Below, in pieces: positions 48,325 to 57,184 of a DNA stretch of 64,000 nt. The stretch lies in NCBI GenBank assembly GCA_003402705.1, contig QQNF01000008.1, forward strand, positions 2,837 to 66,836, written 5' to 3'. The notes below the pieces were generated by a model, which saw nothing but the letters and a program-made list of their open reading frames with translations, had not been told where the DNA came from and did not search any database. This DNA comes from Verrucomicrobiota bacterium (lineage in GTDB: Bacteria; Verrucomicrobiota; Verrucomicrobiia; Verrucomicrobiales; V1-33). Made by a program: the position numbers and the translations under genes. Numbering within the stretch: position 1 is the stretch's first letter; every line of letters begins with the position of its first letter.

Positions 48325-49689
48325 TCAGCGGCGTTTGGCGGGTTTGGGGGCGCCGGGGAGTTTTTTGAAGGGGCGGTTGGAGGGATTTTTCTGGCGGAAG
48401 GGTTCGGAGGCGAAGCGCTGCTGGAGGTCTGGGGGGAGATTGGAGGCGGCCCATTGGGAGGCGGCGGGGGCGTCGACGGAGTTCCAGAGTTGGGCGGTGC
48501 GGAGGAGGGATTCGGAGCGGGCGGCGGGGTCGGCGATGGTATTGGCCCATGCGATGGCTGCGGTGGGGTCGTTGCGGGCGATGGTGCGGGAGAGGGAGGA
48601 GACGGCGGCGTCGCGGGAGGGGCCAGGGGGCATGGATTTGAGGTGCTGGCTGCTGGCTTCGGGGTCGTTGCGGGTCCATGAGCGCATGGCGTCTTCCCAT
48701 GCTTCCTGGCGGGCGGGGCCTTCTGGGAGGGATGAGATCCATGCGACGGCTTTTTCGGGGTCGCGGGCGGTCCATTCGCGGGCGACGGCTCCGACGGCCA
48801 GTTGGCCACCGGGTTTGGAGGCGGTGGAGGCGGCCCATGCGGCGGCGGATTCCGGGGATTCGGAGGCGAAGCGATGGGCGACGGAGGCGAGGGCGGCGGC
48901 GCGGAGGGAGGGGTCGGAGATGGAGTCGGCCCATTGTGAGGCGGTGTCGAAGCCGCGGTCCATCTGGCGGCTGGCGAGGGAGGCGAGGAGTGGGCCGCGT
49001 TCTTTTTCGTCGAGGGATGCGATCCAGCGGGTGGCGGCGTCTGGGTTGGAGCGGGCCATGCCGTCGGCGATGCCTGCTTTGAGGAGGGCGAGCTGGCGGC
49101 GGTTCTGGTTAGAGCCGTCGGGGTCGTTGGCGGTGGCTTTGGCGGCGGCGTTGAGGTGGGCGAGGGCGGTGTCGGGGTCGCGGGAGGCCCAGCCGCTCAT
49201 GACGTGGTAGCGTGCGGAGTAGGCGTCGCGGTTTTTGGAGGAGGCGAGGGTTTTGAGGGCACCGGGGCCGTCGATGGTGCCCCATTGGTGGGCGAAGAGA
49301 GTGGTGAAGCGTGCGGCGTCGGTGCCTTGATGGGAGGAGAGGGCCTGCCATGCGGCGGCGGCGTTTTCTGGGGTGAGCTGGCGGAGGAGGGCGGAGAAGG
49401 CCTCGGATTGTTCGAGTGGGTCGGAGGTGGCGAGGATCTGATTGATGAGGTCGGGGATGGCGGCGGCGTCTGGCGGGGCGGAGGGTCGGGAGGACGACGA
49501 GGTGGAGGAGGAAGCGGCAGCGGAAGGGCGTGCGGAGGGGCTGGGGTTGTGCGGGGAGGAGGCGGAGAGGGAGGCGGGGGTTGTGCGGGTGGTGGTGGAT
49601 GGAGAGGAGGCGGCTGGGCGGGTGGTGAGCCATGTGAGGGCCGAGGCGGAGACGGCGGAGAGGAGGCAGAGGAGAGAGGGGCGGAGCAT
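48325..49689 (-). CDS. Membrane-anchored alpha-helical repeat protein (W...DP..A..W repeats)
   Basis: N-terminal TM, Ser/Pro linker; WGTIDGPGAL, WASRDPDTAL, WTARDPEKAVAWI, WTRNDPEASSQ, WNSVDAPAASQW. Confidence 0.8.
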   Translation of the reverse strand: MLRPSLLCLLSAVSASALTWLTTRPAASSPSTTTRTTPASLSASSPHNPSPSARPSAAASSSTSSSSRPSAPPDAAAIPDLINQILATSDPLEQSEAFSALLRQLTPENAAAAWQALSSHQGTDAARFTTLFAHQWGTIDGPGALKTLASSKNRDAYSARYHVMSGWASRDPDTALAHLNAAAKATANDPDGSNQNRRQLALLKAGIADGMARSNPDAATRWIASLDEKERGPLLASLASRQMDRGFDTASQWADSISDPSLRAAALASVAHRFASESPESAAAWAASTASKPGGQLAVGAVAREWTARDPEKAVAWISSLPEGPARQEAWEDAMRSWTRNDPEASSQHLKSMPPGPSRDAAVSSLSRTIARNDPTAAIAWANTIADPAARSESLLRTAQLWNSVDAPAASQWAASNLPPDLQQRFASEPFRQKNPSNRPFKKLPGAPKPAKRR

Positions 49690-49885
49690 GTGGGCGGGCT
49701 TACGGAATTTGATGTGGCGGGGGAGGGAGAGGTGACAGAGAAAGGGTGGCGCGGGTACGGAATTGCAGGTAGGGAAGAAAACCGCTTGCGTTCCGGGGGT
49801 GGCGGGTAATATGCCCGCCCTTCCGCGACTGGAAATCTTCCGTGGCGCGGCGTTATTTTTCAGAACACCAACGCAAGCATTAATT

Positions 49886-50140
49886 ATGGCAGTCGCAATC
49901 AGGCTGAGGCGCGAAGGCGCGAAGAACCGTCCGTTCTACCGCATCGTGGTGGCGGATTCCCGCACGCGCCGCGATGGGCGCTTTATCGACATGGTCGGCA
50001 CGTACGATCCGATGAAGGACGGGACGAACTACGAGGTGGACCTTGCGAAGGTTGACTCGTGGATTGGCAAGGGCGCGAAGGCCAGCGAGACGGTGGCGTC
50101 GCTGATCCGCAAAGTGCGCAAGGCGCAGCCGAAGCCCTGA
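49886..50140 (+). CDS. rpsP: 30S ribosomal protein S16
   Basis: [38 protein letters not shown]; ATG at 49886. Confidence 0.98.
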   Translation: MAVAIRLRREGAKNRPFYRIVVADSRTRRDGRFIDMVGTYDPMKDGTNYEVDLAKVDSWIGKGAKASETVASLIRKVRKAQPKP

Positions 50141-50161
50141 GGTTTTGGGAATGAATCAACT

Positions 50162-50196
50162 GCCCGGTCCTGTGAGCAGGGCCGGGCTTTTTGTTT
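50162..50196 (+). terminator. Intrinsic terminator between rpsP and khpA
   Basis: GCCCGGTCCTG-TGAG-CAGGGCCGGGC-TTTTTGTTT. Confidence 0.8.
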
Positions 50197-50222
50197 AGGA
50201 TGGAACCCAACCCGAACGAGAT

Positions 50223-50471
50223 ATGGAAGCCCCGGTGAACATTCAGGAATTTCTGGAGTATGTGGTGGAGCAGCTGACTGGCGCGGTTGGGGATGGCGTG
50301 GTGAGGAGCCGGGAGGAAGGAGGGCGGGAGATTTTCGAGGTGGTGGTGCCGGAGCGGCAGATGTCGCGATTGATTGGGCACGAGGGGAGTACGATCAAGG
50401 CGGTGCGGACGCTGGTGGCGGCGGCGGCGTGGCGTGAGGGGCGTCGGGTGGGTGTGGAGGTGAAGGATTGA
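50223..50471 (+). CDS. khpA: KH-domain RNA-binding protein (KhpA/YlqC family)
   Basis: EFLEYVV..L, MSRLIGHEGSTIKAVRTLV (GxxG KH loop); follows rpsP. Confidence 0.85.
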   Translation: MEAPVNIQEFLEYVVEQLTGAVGDGVVRSREEGGREIFEVVVPERQMSRLIGHEGSTIKAVRTLVAAAAWREGRRVGVEVKD

Positions 50472-50481
50472 GGGTACTGGC

Positions 50482-51267
50482 ATGGTGACGGGGGCATATG
50501 CGGATCGGTTTGGGGGGATGGGGCGATTGTTCGGGGTGGCGGCGATGGAGCGATTGGCGGGGGCGAGAGTGACGGTGGTGGGGGTTGGCGGGGTGGGGTC
50601 GTGGACGGTGGAGGCCTTGGTGCGATCGGGGGTGGGGAGAGTGCGGATGATTGACGGGGATGATGTGTGTGTGACGAATGTGAACCGGCAGTTGCCGGCG
50701 ATGAGTGACACGGTGGGTCGGGCGAAGGTGGCGGTGCTGGCGGAGCGGATGCGGTTGATCAATCCGGAGGTGGAGGTGGAAGCGGTGGAGGAATTTGTGG
50801 GTGCGGGGAATTGCGGGAGATTGCTGCCGGAGGGTTGCGGGGTGGTGGTGGATGCGGTGGATGTGACGACGGTGAAGGCGCTGATGATTTCGCATTGTGT
50901 GCGCGGGGGGATGCCTGTGGTGACGGTGGGTGGGGCGGGCGGTCGGGTGGATGCGTGTGGGGTGCGGTGTACGGATCTGGCGCGGGCGCAGGGGGACAAT
51001 CTGTTGAGGATGGTGAGGCGGGAGTTGCGGCGGGCGCATGGGTTTCCGGGAGGGGAGAGCGGGGCATTGTTCGGGGTGGCGGCGGTTCATTCCGCGGAGG
51101 AGCAACGGTATCCGCAGAAGGACGGGAGTTGCGGGAGCGGGGCTGAGCGGGGGGAGAGCCTGCGGATGGATTGCGCGTCCGGGTGGGGAGCGGCGACCTT
51201 TGTGACGGGAGTGTTTGGGTTTGCGGCGGCTGGGGAGGTGGTGCGGCGGATTGCGGAGGGGGGATGA
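50482..51267 (+). CDS. tcdA: tRNA threonylcarbamoyladenosine dehydratase (ThiF family)
   Basis: RFGGMGRLFG, VGVGGVGSWTVEALVRSG, D.DDVCVTNVNRQL, DLA....D.L...VR..LR, DC..G.GAATFVT. Confidence 0.9.
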   Translation: MVTGAYADRFGGMGRLFGVAAMERLAGARVTVVGVGGVGSWTVEALVRSGVGRVRMIDGDDVCVTNVNRQLPAMSDTVGRAKVAVLAERMRLINPEVEVEAVEEFVGAGNCGRLLPEGCGVVVDAVDVTTVKALMISHCVRGGMPVVTVGGAGGRVDACGVRCTDLARAQGDNLLRMVRRELRRAHGFPGGESGALFGVAAVHSAEEQRYPQKDGSCGSGAERGESLRMDCASGWGAATFVTGVFGFAAAGEVVRRIAEGG

Positions 51268-51307
51268 GAGGTTGCGTGGGGTGCGTGGGCATGCTTTGCG
51301 TGGGCGC

Positions 51308-52000
51308 ATGACTGAAGCTCCTGAAGCCGTATCGAAGCCGCGCCGCCGCATTTCGCCTGGGTGCCTGATGCTGGTGATGGGAGGGTTGTGGATGGCGATC
51401 TGGGGGTCGTGGATGGTGATTTCGATGGTGAGGCAGGTTCAGGAGTTGCGGACGATCACGGACAAGGAGGCGCGACTGGTGACGCCGAGGGCGGCGAGTG
51501 CGGTGGAGATTGAGGGATTGCGGGGGAGGATGCGGGAGTTCGGGGCTGGGGTGGCGGCGAAGCGTGCGGCGGTGCTGGAGCTGACGGTGGATGATTTGAA
51601 CACGTTGCTGGCGGCGGAGCCGCAGGGGATGGGGATGCGGGAGTTTGCGGGGGTGGAGGCGATCACGGCGGCGGCGATCCGGTTTCGGGTATCGCTGGCG
51701 ATGAACGGGATGCCGATGAGTGGGGAGCGGTTGTATCTGAACGGTTTCAGCGAAGTGAAGCCGATGCGGCACCCTGAGAAGGGAGTGATCCTTGAGACGG
51801 TTGCGGTGGAGGTGCCGGGGCGTGAGCTGTCGCCGGGATTCCGGGCGCACTATGTGCAGGCGAACCATCTGGACACCTTGCTGATGAGCGGGTTACGGGA
51901 GACGACGGACAAGAGCGTGCTGGAAGTGCTGAAGCAGGTGACGGTGGTGCGGCTGGAGGCGGGGAAGGTGGTGCTGGACTATGCGCCTGCGGTTCGTTGA
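51308..52000 (+). CDS. Hypothetical single-pass membrane protein
   Basis: K/R-rich N-terminus, GC-led TM helix, LELTVDDLN.LL motif; codon usage like neighbouring genes. Confidence 0.7.
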   Translation: MTEAPEAVSKPRRRISPGCLMLVMGGLWMAIWGSWMVISMVRQVQELRTITDKEARLVTPRAASAVEIEGLRGRMREFGAGVAAKRAAVLELTVDDLNTLLAAEPQGMGMREFAGVEAITAAAIRFRVSLAMNGMPMSGERLYLNGFSEVKPMRHPEKGVILETVAVEVPGRELSPGFRAHYVQANHLDTLLMSGLRETTDKSVLEVLKQVTVVRLEAGKVVLDYAPAVR

Positions 52001-52141
52001 GGGGTGCGAGTTGGGGGGGATCGGGGGAAAATCGGGGGTGAGGGAATCGATTCCTGGTGTTCCGCGGGTTGACAATTCCCGCGTCACCCTGTTTCCTGCG
52101 CGTTCCCGGGTTTCCGGGGAGCATTTTCCTAATCTTTGACC

Positions 52142-53311
52142 ATGGACTTCGTCACACCACACATCTCGACCCTCGCCCCATCGATCACCCTCGCGGTCAC
52201 CAGCCAGGCTGCGAAAATGAAGAAGGAGGGCATTGACGTGTGCAGTTTCGGGGCGGGCGAGCCGGACATGGATACCCCGGCGCACATCAAGGAAGCGTGT
52301 GTGAGGGCGCTGGCGGAGGGGAAGACGAAGTACACGGCGTCGGCCGGGCTGCTGGAGTTGCGGGAGGCGATCTGTGTGAAGCTGGCGGCGGACAACCAGC
52401 TGGAGTACACGCCGGATCTGCTGAGTGTGAACTGCGGGGCGAAGCATTCGTGTTTCAACGCGATTCTGGCGACGTGCGGGCCGGGGGATGAGGTGGTGAT
52501 TCCGTCGCCGTACTGGACGAGCTATCCTGACATGGTGCGGATTGCTGGGGCGATCCCTGTGATGGTGCAGACGAAGCAGGAGAACGGGTGGAAGATGACG
52601 CCTGAGGAGTTTGAGGCGGCGATGACGCCTTCGACGAAGATGGTGATTCTGAACAGCCCGTCGAATCCGACGGGAGCGGTTTATACCCGTGAGGAGCTGG
52701 AGCAGATCGGTGAGATTGCGGCGTCGGAGGACATTCTGATTCTGTCGGATGAGATTTACGAGAAGCTGGTGTATGAGGACACCGAGCACGTGTCGATTGC
52801 GAGCCTGAGCCGTGAGTTGAAGGAACTGACGATTGTGGTGAACGGCTTTTCGAAGGCGTACAGCATGACTGGCTGGCGGATTGGTTATACGGCGACGGCG
52901 AACAAGAAGATTGCGGAGGCGATTGATACGATTCAGAGCCACACGACCTCGGCACCGGCGACGTTTGCGCAGTACGGGGCGCTGGCGGCATTGCAGGGTG
53001 ATCAGAACATCATTGAGGACATGCGGCAGGAGTTTGATCTGCGCCGCGGGTACATGATGCGGCGGTTTCAGACCCAGACGAATCTGTCGGTGGTGGAGCC
53101 GAAGGGGGCGTTTTACTTCCTTGTGAACATCGGGCGGATGGGGATCAAGAGCGTCAATTTTGCGGAGAAGCTGCTGAGCCGCAGTCATGTGGCGGTGGTG
53201 CCGGGGATTGCGTTCGGGGCGGATGACACGATCCGGTTCAGCTATGCGTGCAGCCTTGATGTGATCAAGAAGGGCCTGGACCGGTTTGAGGAGTTTGTGC
53301 GGTCGCACTGA
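52142..53311 (+). CDS. Class I/II PLP-dependent (aspartate-type) aminotransferase
   Basis: GAGEPD.DTP, YT..AG..ELR, NSPSNPTG, SDEIYEKL, NGFSKAYSMTGWRIGY, IRFSYA. Confidence 0.95.
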   Translation: MDFVTPHISTLAPSITLAVTSQAAKMKKEGIDVCSFGAGEPDMDTPAHIKEACVRALAEGKTKYTASAGLLELREAICVKLAADNQLEYTPDLLSVNCGAKHSCFNAILATCGPGDEVVIPSPYWTSYPDMVRIAGAIPVMVQTKQENGWKMTPEEFEAAMTPSTKMVILNSPSNPTGAVYTREELEQIGEIAASEDILILSDEIYEKLVYEDTEHVSIASLSRELKELTIVVNGFSKAYSMTGWRIGYTATANKKIAEAIDTIQSHTTSAPATFAQYGALAALQGDQNIIEDMRQEFDLRRGYMMRRFQTQTNLSVVEPKGAFYFLVNIGRMGIKSVNFAEKLLSRSHVAVVPGIAFGADDTIRFSYACSLDVIKKGLDRFEEFVRSH

Positions 53312-53332
53312 GAACTCTTTGGAGAATCAAAG

Positions 53333-53373
53333 AAACCGCCGCTCGCTGCTGATGCAGAGGGTGGCGGTTTTTT
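53333..53373 (+). terminator. Intrinsic terminator after the aminotransferase gene
   Basis: AAACCGCCGCTC...GGGTGGCGGTTTTTT. Confidence 0.75.
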
Positions 53374-53393
53374 GTGAGGGAAGAGGAGGAGTC

Positions 53394-54099
53394 ATGAGTT
53401 TGTGGACGAAGAAGGTTTTCACGACATGGGTTCTGTGAGGTGGTTGCGGGTGAGCAGGGAGATGGCGGTGCGGAGTTCTGCGGCGAGCTGCTGGCGGCGC
53501 CTTTGGGTGTTGGGACTGAGGCTGCGGAGGTGGGGCGGCTGCAGTCAGAGTTCATCAGTACGGCGCAAGGGGTGGAGACGTTTGAGGCGCTGCAGCAGCT
53601 GGTGCTGGAGGTGAATGCGGGAGTGGAGCAGGTGCGGAATTTTGCGAGGATGCTGGTGCCTGTGGAGCTGGCGTCCGGGGGGTTGGCGGCTGGGCTGGCG
53701 CCATTGGGACGGGAGATGGAGACGGTGTTCAACATCGTGTGCCGGGTGGAGGTGGCTGAGGACGTGCCTGTGCCGACGCTGGAGTTGAGTCTTGCGATGT
53801 ACCGGATTGCGCAGGAAGCGGCGCGGAATGCGGTGCAGCACGGGAGGGCGAAGGAGGTGGAGATTGTGCTGACGAGTGATGCGTACAATCTGAGGCTGCG
53901 GGTGGCGAACGAGGGGCGGAGCTGGGATCCGGATCGGGCGACGGGAGCTGGGCTGGGGTTGCGGATCATGCGGCACCGTGCGGCTAGTGTGTGGGGGACG
54001 TTTGTGATCCATGCGACGGCGGATGGGCGTACGGAGGCCGTGTGCCGGATTCCGCATGGGCCGAGGGAGAAGGGGCAGAGGAGAACGGTTTCTCAATGA
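53394..54099 (+). pseudogene. Truncated NarX/HisKA_3-type histidine kinase (HATPase intact, sensor and H-box missing)
   Basis: ORF 53440-54099 has VRNFARML.PVEL..GL, YRIAQEAARNAVQHG, GLGLRIMRHRA..V.G. There is no LHD H-box and the G1 D is replaced (VANEGRSW). The SD-preceded ATG at 53394 is out of frame. Confidence 0.6.
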
Positions 54100-54411
54100 A
54101 TACGAAGACATCTGAGTCCGAAGGTGAAGGCCAAGGTGCTGCAGAATCTGTTTCCGGACACGGCGTCGCGGAAGATGGATCTGAGCAGGTGTTCGGACCG
54201 TGAGCTGCAGGTGTTTGAGCTGCTGGGGGCTGGACGGAGCACGCGGGAGATCGGGGAGCATTTGAAGCTCAGTCCGAAGACGGTGGAGACGTACCGTGAG
54301 AATCTGAAGAAGAAGCTGCGGTTGCAGGATGGGGCGGCGCTGCTGCGAGCGGCGACGCTGTGGGCGGAGTCCGGGAGTCTGGGGAAGGAGACGGGTGCGG
54401 CCGGGGACTGA
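54096..54411 (+). pseudogene. NarL/LuxR-type response regulator lacking its receiver domain
   Basis: LuxR HTH SDRELQVFELLG.G.STREI...LKLSPKTVETYRENLKKKL in frame 54124, preceded by the linker remnant HLSPKVKAKVL. The ATG overlapping the kinase stop (ATGA at 54096) is in another frame. Confidence 0.6.
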
Positions 54412-54447
54412 GGGGTGGCGTGGAGGATTGTCAGGGGCTGAGATATG

Positions 54448-54527
54448 CGGCGTTCCTACAGAACGCCGGGCTCGGGCGGGGTGGTACCCAGAGCGATGCT
54501 CTGGTATACGGTGTCCCGTTGGGACAC
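54448..54527. repeat. Three-hairpin REP-like element
   Basis: CGGCGTTC-CTACA-GAACGCCG; CCAGAGC-GAT-GCTCTGG; GTGTCCC-GTT-GGGACAC. Confidence 0.65.
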
Positions 54528-54557
54528 AGGACGGAGGTGAATGGCGCAAAGATGAGA

Positions 54558-54637
54558 GAGGTCACAGGCGGGACGCCCGTGCCATTTTGCTTCGCGGGTC
54601 TGAGGTCACAGGCGGGATGCCCGTGCCACTTTGCTTC
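54558..54637. repeat. Two direct copies of a GTGG-type REP
   Basis: GAGGTCACAGGCGGGA(C/T)GCCCGTGCCA(T/C)TTTGCTTC at 54558 and 54602; the minus strand of the second copy reads GTGG + CACGGGC-N5-GCCTGTG hairpin. Confidence 0.8.
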
Positions 54638-54656
54638 TTATGTTAGCGCCATGGGG

Positions 54657-55742
54657 TCAGGGGCACTGGGCGCGGTGGCGGAGGAGGTGGTCTGTGAGGA
54701 CGAGGAGGGACATGGCTTCGACCATGGGGACGGCGCGTGGGAGGACGCAGGGGTCGTGGCGGCCGCGGCCTTTGAGGGTGGTGTCCTCGTGAGGGAGGGC
54801 GGTGACGGTGTCCTGTTCGGACATGATCGTGGCGACGGGTTTGAAGGCGACCTTGAAGGTGATGGGTTCTCCGTTGGAGATGCCGCCCTGGACACCGCCG
54901 GAGCGGTTGGAGGTGGTGCGGACCCTGCCGTCGTGCATGCGGAAGGCGTCGTTGTGTTCGCGGCCTGTTAGGAGAGTGCCTGCGAAGCCGCTGCCGATTT
55001 CGAAGCCTTTGGTGGCGGGGAGGCTGAGCATGGCTTTGGCGAGATCGGCTTCGAGCCTGTCGAAGACGGGTTCGCCGAGGCCTGGTGGGCAGTTGCGGAT
55101 GACGCAGGCGACGGTGCCGCCGACGCTGTTGCCGTCGGAGCGGATCTGGCGGATGAGGTCGGTCATGGGGCCGACGGCGTTGGGGTCGGCGGTGCGGACG
55201 ATATTGGATTCGACGTCGGCTGAGGTGACGGTGTCGGGGTTGACGGAGGCTTGGAGGTGCTGGACGGAGTCGACCCATGCGATGACTTCGAGGCCTGGAG
55301 CGAGGGCGGCGAGGACCTTGCGGGCGACGGCGGCGGCGGCGACGCGGCCGATGGTTTCGCGGGCGGAGGATCTGCCGCCGCCTTGCCAGTTGCGGATGCC
55401 GTATTTGGCGTCGTAGGTGTAGTCGGCGTGGCTGGGGCGGTATTTGCCGGCCATTTCGGAGTAGGCTTCGGGGCGGGCGTCCTCGTTACGGACCATGATG
55501 GAGATGGGGGAGCCGAGGGTGAGCCCGTTGAAGACGCCGGAGAGGATTTCGCAGCGGTCGAGTTCCTTGCGAGGGGTGACGATGTCGCTCTGGCCGGGGC
55601 GGCGGCGGTCGAGGTCGAGCTGGATGTCTTCTGCGGTGAGGGGGAGTCTGGGTGGGCAGCCGTCGATGACGACGCCGACGCCACCGCCGTGGCTTTCACC
55701 CCATGTGGAAATTCTGAAGAGCTGGCCCCATTGACTGGACAT
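54657..55742 (-). CDS. aroC: Chorismate synthase
   Basis: [60 protein letters not shown]. Confidence 0.98.
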   Translation of the reverse strand: MSSQWGQLFRISTWGESHGGGVGVVIDGCPPRLPLTAEDIQLDLDRRRPGQSDIVTPRKELDRCEILSGVFNGLTLGSPISIMVRNEDARPEAYSEMAGKYRPSHADYTYDAKYGIRNWQGGGRSSARETIGRVAAAAVARKVLAALAPGLEVIAWVDSVQHLQASVNPDTVTSADVESNIVRTADPNAVGPMTDLIRQIRSDGNSVGGTVACVIRNCPPGLGEPVFDRLEADLAKAMLSLPATKGFEIGSGFAGTLLTGREHNDAFRMHDGRVRTTSNRSGGVQGGISNGEPITFKVAFKPVATIMSEQDTVTALPHEDTTLKGRGRHDPCVLPRAVPMVEAMSLLVLTDHLLRHRAQCP

Positions 55743-55793
55743 AGTGGGGTCGGGATAGACTGATGGGGAGAGGGGGGCAAGCCGGGATATGGG

Positions 55794-57101
55794 TCAGCCG
55801 TTTTTCCATGAGGGAGGGAGGTCTGATTTGGTGGCGCGGAGGATGGCGAGGATGTCGGCGCGTTCTGAGGTGGAGAGGTGGGAGTAGCCGGGGATTGGGG
55901 TGGGTGAGGAGAGGATCTGGAAGAGGCGCGCGTAGAGCATGGTGCGGAAGCGGTTGGGGAGGGCGTCCCATTGCTGGGAGTAGATGAGGTAGCTGCAGCG
56001 GTATTTGAAGAGACGGGTGAGGAGGTTGAAGTCCTTGAGGGATTTGCCGTCCGGGGAGGGTTTGCGATTGGCGCGGAAGGAGGATTGGAAGTCGTGGTGG
56101 CCGTCGATGCCGCCGTCGGGGAGGGGAGCTTCCTCGCAGAAGAGGAGGCAGCGCATGATTTTTTCGGTGTGGCTTTCGGCGACGATTTTTGTGGAGCCGA
56201 CGAAGTCGTCGGTTTCTGGTTCTGCTAGTTCGCGGCGGAGTGCTTTCTGGCGGGTGATGGCGCTGCGGAGGTCGTAGGCGGCCTCGGTGAGGCGGCTTTG
56301 CATGGCGACCTGGTGTTCGAGCGTCATGAGGGCGACGATGTCGCTGTCTGGTCGGAGGTGTGAGGAGGTCTTGAAGAAGTGGTCGAGGGAGGAGAGGTTA
56401 GCGCCGGGTTCCCTGTCGAGGGAGACATTGCCATTGAGCTGGGTGGCGGTGGCGTTGCCCATGTGGCGGGCGTTGCCGTGGTTGCCGGTGACGTACCAGC
56501 CGCCCCAGCGGGATTCGATGGGGCTGGAGTGGTCGATGAGGGAAGTGCCGGCCTGGAGGAGCGGGGTGCCGTCTTTGTCAGGGAAGACCGAGCGGATCAT
56601 GACGCCGGGGACGTTGTTGGTCATGCTGCCGCCGTGGCAGTTCATGCAGATTTCGGAGCGGTCGAGGCGCGGGGTGGCGCGGTCTGGGCGGTCGGTGTTG
56701 AGGGAGTAGAAGATTGGGCCGAGGTGGGGGTCGAGGCCTGCGAATTCGATGAGACCGCCGGGGACCCAGCCGACGTAGGTATCGTCGCTGAAGTAGACGG
56801 CGCGGGGGTTGGAGGGAGTGATGCGGTCTCTCTGGACGCTGGTTTTGGAGAAGACGAGGACCTGGGAGGCTTCGGGGACGGCGAGTTCGGCGAGGATGCG
56901 GCGGAGGAGGGCTTTGGGGTTGGAGGGGTCGATGGGGAAGCGGCCGGATTGGAGGGCGGCGTCGAGGGCGGTGCAGCGGTCGTGGAGTGGGGCGGAGAAG
57001 TAGTGGTGGGGGGCTTCTTCGTATTCGATGCGCTGGGCGGAGGCTGGGGAGAGCGCGGCGGCGAGGGTAGCGGCGGCGGCAAGGGCGGGAGAGAGGCGCA
57101 T
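55794..57101 (-). CDS. Secreted single-CxxCH (putative c-type heme) hypothetical protein
   Basis: Signal peptide; SQVLVFSKTS.Q..I.P.NPRAVYF.DD.YVG, CMNCH, RWGGWYVTG.HG..H.GN, SDIVALM.LEHQ, CSYLIYS. Confidence 0.8.
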   Translation of the reverse strand: MRLSPALAAAATLAAALSPASAQRIEYEEAPHHYFSAPLHDRCTALDAALQSGRFPIDPSNPKALLRRILAELAVPEASQVLVFSKTSVQRDRITPSNPRAVYFSDDTYVGWVPGGLIEFAGLDPHLGPIFYSLNTDRPDRATPRLDRSEICMNCHGGSMTNNVPGVMIRSVFPDKDGTPLLQAGTSLIDHSSPIESRWGGWYVTGNHGNARHMGNATATQLNGNVSLDREPGANLSSLDHFFKTSSHLRPDSDIVALMTLEHQVAMQSRLTEAAYDLRSAITRQKALRRELAEPETDDFVGSTKIVAESHTEKIMRCLLFCEEAPLPDGGIDGHHDFQSSFRANRKPSPDGKSLKDFNLLTRLFKYRCSYLIYSQQWDALPNRFRTMLYARLFQILSSPTPIPGYSHLSTSERADILAILRATKSDLPPSWKNG

Positions 57102-57184
57102 GGGAGGACGATGCGAGGGCGGGCGCGGTTCTGCCGCGTGGATATTGGCGAAAGCTGTGCGGATCTTGGTTTCCGCTTGGAAAG

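Noticed and set aside
54097-54140. Selenocysteine read-through at the kinase TGA
   Set aside because: No convincing SECIS hairpin follows, and the position is not a Cys-equivalent catalytic site.
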